Of a stretch of 64,000 nucleotides of DNA, positions 61,186 to 64,000 are shown piece after piece. Source of the stretch: the human T2T-CHM13v2.0 reference genome, Homo sapiens; assembly GCF_009914755.1 (NCBI RefSeq), contig NC_060933.1; one strand, given 5' to 3'. Every line of letters starts with the position of its first letter. Within the stretch, counting starts at the first letter, position 1. Below the pieces are notes generated by a model. It was not told the origin of the DNA. It searched no databases and saw only the letters and a list, made by a program, of their open reading frames with translations. Both the position numbers and the translations under genes were made by a program.

Positions 61186-63035
61186 TAAAAATTGTAATTG
61201 ATGCATAATGTACATATTTATGGGGTACATGTGATATTTTGATACAAGTCTACTGCGTAATGATCAAATGAGGGTAATTGGAGTATCTATCACCTCAAGA
61301 ATTTATCATTTTTTTGTGTTAGGAACATTTCAAATCTCTTCTAGTTATTTGAAATATACAATAAATGATTGTAAACTATAGCTGCCCTATAGTGTTTGAT
61401 ATTGGTGCTATTAAACACTAGAGCTGATTTCTTCTATCTAATTGTATTTTTATACCAATTAAACAACCACTCTTCATTCCCACCTCTGAACTACTCTTCC
61501 CAGCCTCTGGTAACCAGCATTCTCTTCATTATCTCCATTAGATCAATTCTTTTTGCTCCTACATATGAGTGAGAACATTAAATATCTGCCTTTATGTTCC
61601 TGGCTTATTTTACTTAACATGATCTCCACTTCCATCCATCTTGCTGAAAATGATGGGATTTCATTTTTTAAGGTTAAATAATATTTCATTATGTATATAA
61701 ACCACATTTTCTACATTCATTTACACACTAATGGAAATTTGACTTGATTTCATATTTTGACTACCTCGAATATTGCTGTAAGAAAGATGGGAATGCAGAT
61801 ATCTCTTTGATTTATTGATTTCCATTCTTTTGAATATATAACAAGTACTGAGATTGCTGGATTCTATAATAGTTCTATTTTTAGTTTTTTGAGGAACACT
61901 TATACAGTTTTATATAGTGGCTGTACAAACTTACATTCCCACCAACAGTATAAGACAGTTGCCCTTTGTGTACTTCTTTGCTAGCATCTGTTATATTCTG
62001 TCTTTTTGATAATAGCCATTTGACTGGGGTGAGATGATATCTCACTGTGGTTTTGATTTTCATTTCCCTGATGACTAGTGATGTTGAACACTTTTTTATA
62101 TGCCTGTTGGCATTTGTATATCTTCTTTTGAGAAATGTCTGTTCACATCTATTGCATATTTTTTAGTTGGATTACTTGTTAGTTTGCTACTGAGTTGTTT
62201 GATTTCCTTTTATACTTTGGTTATTAATCCCTTGTCAAAAAAAGAGTTTGCAAGTATTTTCTCCTATTCTTTATCTGTTTATTTTGTTGACTGTTTTCTT
62301 TGCTATGCAGAAGATTTTTAGCTTAACATTAATTATCTCATTCTTAAATTTTTGCTGTGGTGCCTGTGGTTTTGAGGTCTTTGCCCACATCAATAAAATC
62401 TTGAAGTCTTCATGCCCAGTCTAATGAAGTCTTTACCCATATCAATGTCTCAAAGCATTTCCCCAATGTTTTGCTGTAGTAGTTTCATAGTTTCAGGTCT
62501 TACATTTATGCATTTTAATCTATTTTGATTTGATATTTATATAGGGTGAGGGGGTCTAGTTTCATTCTTTTGCATATTGATAACACAAAAATATAAATGA
62601 TTGTTATAGATCTGTATGAACAACTATATGCCAACAAATTGGAAAACCTAGATGAAATGGATAAATTCCTAGACCTATGCAACTTGCCAAATTGAACCAT
62701 GAATAAATAAGAAAAAAAAAACTGACCAGACAAATAATGAGTAATGAGATAGAAGCAATAATAAAAAGTCTCCTATCAAAAAAAAAAAAAAAAAAGCCCA
62801 AGACCTGATGGCTTTACTGCTGAATTCTACCAAACATAAACAGAGAACTAATACCAGTTTTACTGAAACTCTTTGAAAAAAAAAAATTGAAGAGGAGGGT
62901 ATAGGGTATACTTCCATACTCATTCTGTGACATTAGCATTACCCTGATACCAAATCCAACCAAAGACACAACAAAGAAAGAATAATACAGGGCAATATCC
63001 CTGATGAAAATGGATGCAAAAATCTTCTTTAAAAA
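61186..63035 (-). mobile_element. L1MA (MA3/4-like) with inverted 5' segment (~62578-63030 on +)
   Basis: tgtacatatttatggggtacatgtgatattttgatac 3' end; orientation switch near 62577; TSD gtttaacatttt at 61174-61185 and 63036-63047. Confidence 0.88.
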
Positions 63036-63180
63036 GTTTAACATTTTGAGAAACTGCCAAACTGCTCTCTAAAGTGTTCCAAACATTTTACAATGCCACC
63101 AGCAGTATACAAGTGTTCCAGTTTTGCCACATTTTCATCAATACTTGTTATTGTCTGTTTCTGATTTATTTAAAAAATTA

Positions 63181-63445
63181 GGCCGGGCATGGTGGTTCAT
63201 GCCTATAATCCCAACATTTTGGGCGGCTGAGGCTGGCAGATCACAAGGTCAGGAGTTCGAGACCAGCCTGGCCAACATAGTGAAACACTGTCTCTACTAA
63301 AAATACAAAAAAATTAGCCAAGTGTGGTGGTGCACGTCTGTAGTCCCAGCTACTCGGGAGGCGGAGGCGGGAGAATCACTTGAACTCAGGAGGCAGAGGT
63401 GGGTGACAGAGTGAGACTCCGTCTCAGAAAAAAAAAGAAAAAATT
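63181..63445 (+). mobile_element. AluS (Sg-like) with ~35-40 bp deletion in the right arm
   Basis: aggcagaggt joined directly to gggtgacagagtgagactcc. Confidence 0.9.
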
Positions 63446-63811
63446 TAGATATCTTAGTAGATGTGAAGTGACATCTCATTTTGGTTTTTATTTGCATTTT
63501 CCAGTGACTAATGACGTTCAGCATCTTTTCATGTGTATGTTGATTATGTATGTCATATTTGAATATTTCTATTGAAATCCTTTGCCCACTTTTTAAGTGG
63601 GTTATTTGTCTTTCAACTGTTGAAATATAAGTATTCTTAACCTATTCTTAATACAAGTCCTTTGTCAAGGCATTTCTAAAGACATAAAACTTAGAAGCCT
63701 TACATTTAATTACATAAAAATTCAATAGTCTCTATAAAATATGAAATCATGCCATTGAAAAATCCAAAAGAAAAATATCAAAGATATAAATGCCAAACTG
63801 TGGAAAATATG

Positions 63812-64000
63812 TCTCCCTATTCAATAAATGGTGTTGGGATAACTGGCTAGCCATATACATAAGATTGAAGCTGGACCCCTTCCTTACACCAAAAATCAAC
63901 TCAAGATGGATTAAAGACTTAAATATAAAACCCAAAACTATAAAAACCCTGGGAGACAACCTAGGCAACACCATCCTGTACATAGGAACGGGCAAAGATT
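63812..64000 (+). mobile_element. Older L1PA ORF2 3' region, runs off the window
   Basis: ctccctattcaataaatggtgttgggataactggctagccat...ggaccccttccttacacc. Confidence 0.88.

Larger units (their letters stand above)
60930..63670 (-). mobile_element. L1MB-type 3' region hosting the L1MA and an Alu
   Basis: Host reads contiguously across the TSD: gatcatatagtaacttgtttaacatttt|gagaaactgccaaactg. Confidence 0.75.

Overview
AT-rich, CpG-poor primate genomic DNA. It is hominoid and most likely human, judged from AluY and L1PA3-5-type elements. The window is dominated by interspersed repeats: about 15 Alus; a ~4.7 kb 5'-inverted dead L1PA, several short L1PA/L1PB pieces and long ancient L1M tracts; MaLR (THE1, MLT1), ERVL (MER74-like, MLT2) and ERV1 (MER52) solo LTRs; MADE1, MER102, MIR and L2. 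I recognise no intact protein-coding gene, RNA gene or CpG-island promoter, and nearly all supplied ORFs are Alu, L1 or microsatellite read-through. I found no evidence of a new multi-gene system. The most interesting signals are local mutational scars readable in the sequence: (1) a 154-bp templated copy inserted 5.8 kb from its donor between 18-bp direct repeats; (2) a 137-bp inverted duplication spanning a THE1D LTR boundary; (3) three twin-priming L1 inversions of very different scale; (4) a microsatellite that grew out of an Alu TSD; (5) close inverted repeat pairs; (6) a few unexplained unique segments (candidate exon, possible retrocopy, possible ancient LTRs). Subfamily names were assigned by eye from remembered consensus motifs and need RepeatMasker/Dfam confirmation. 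Boundaries of old elements are approximate.
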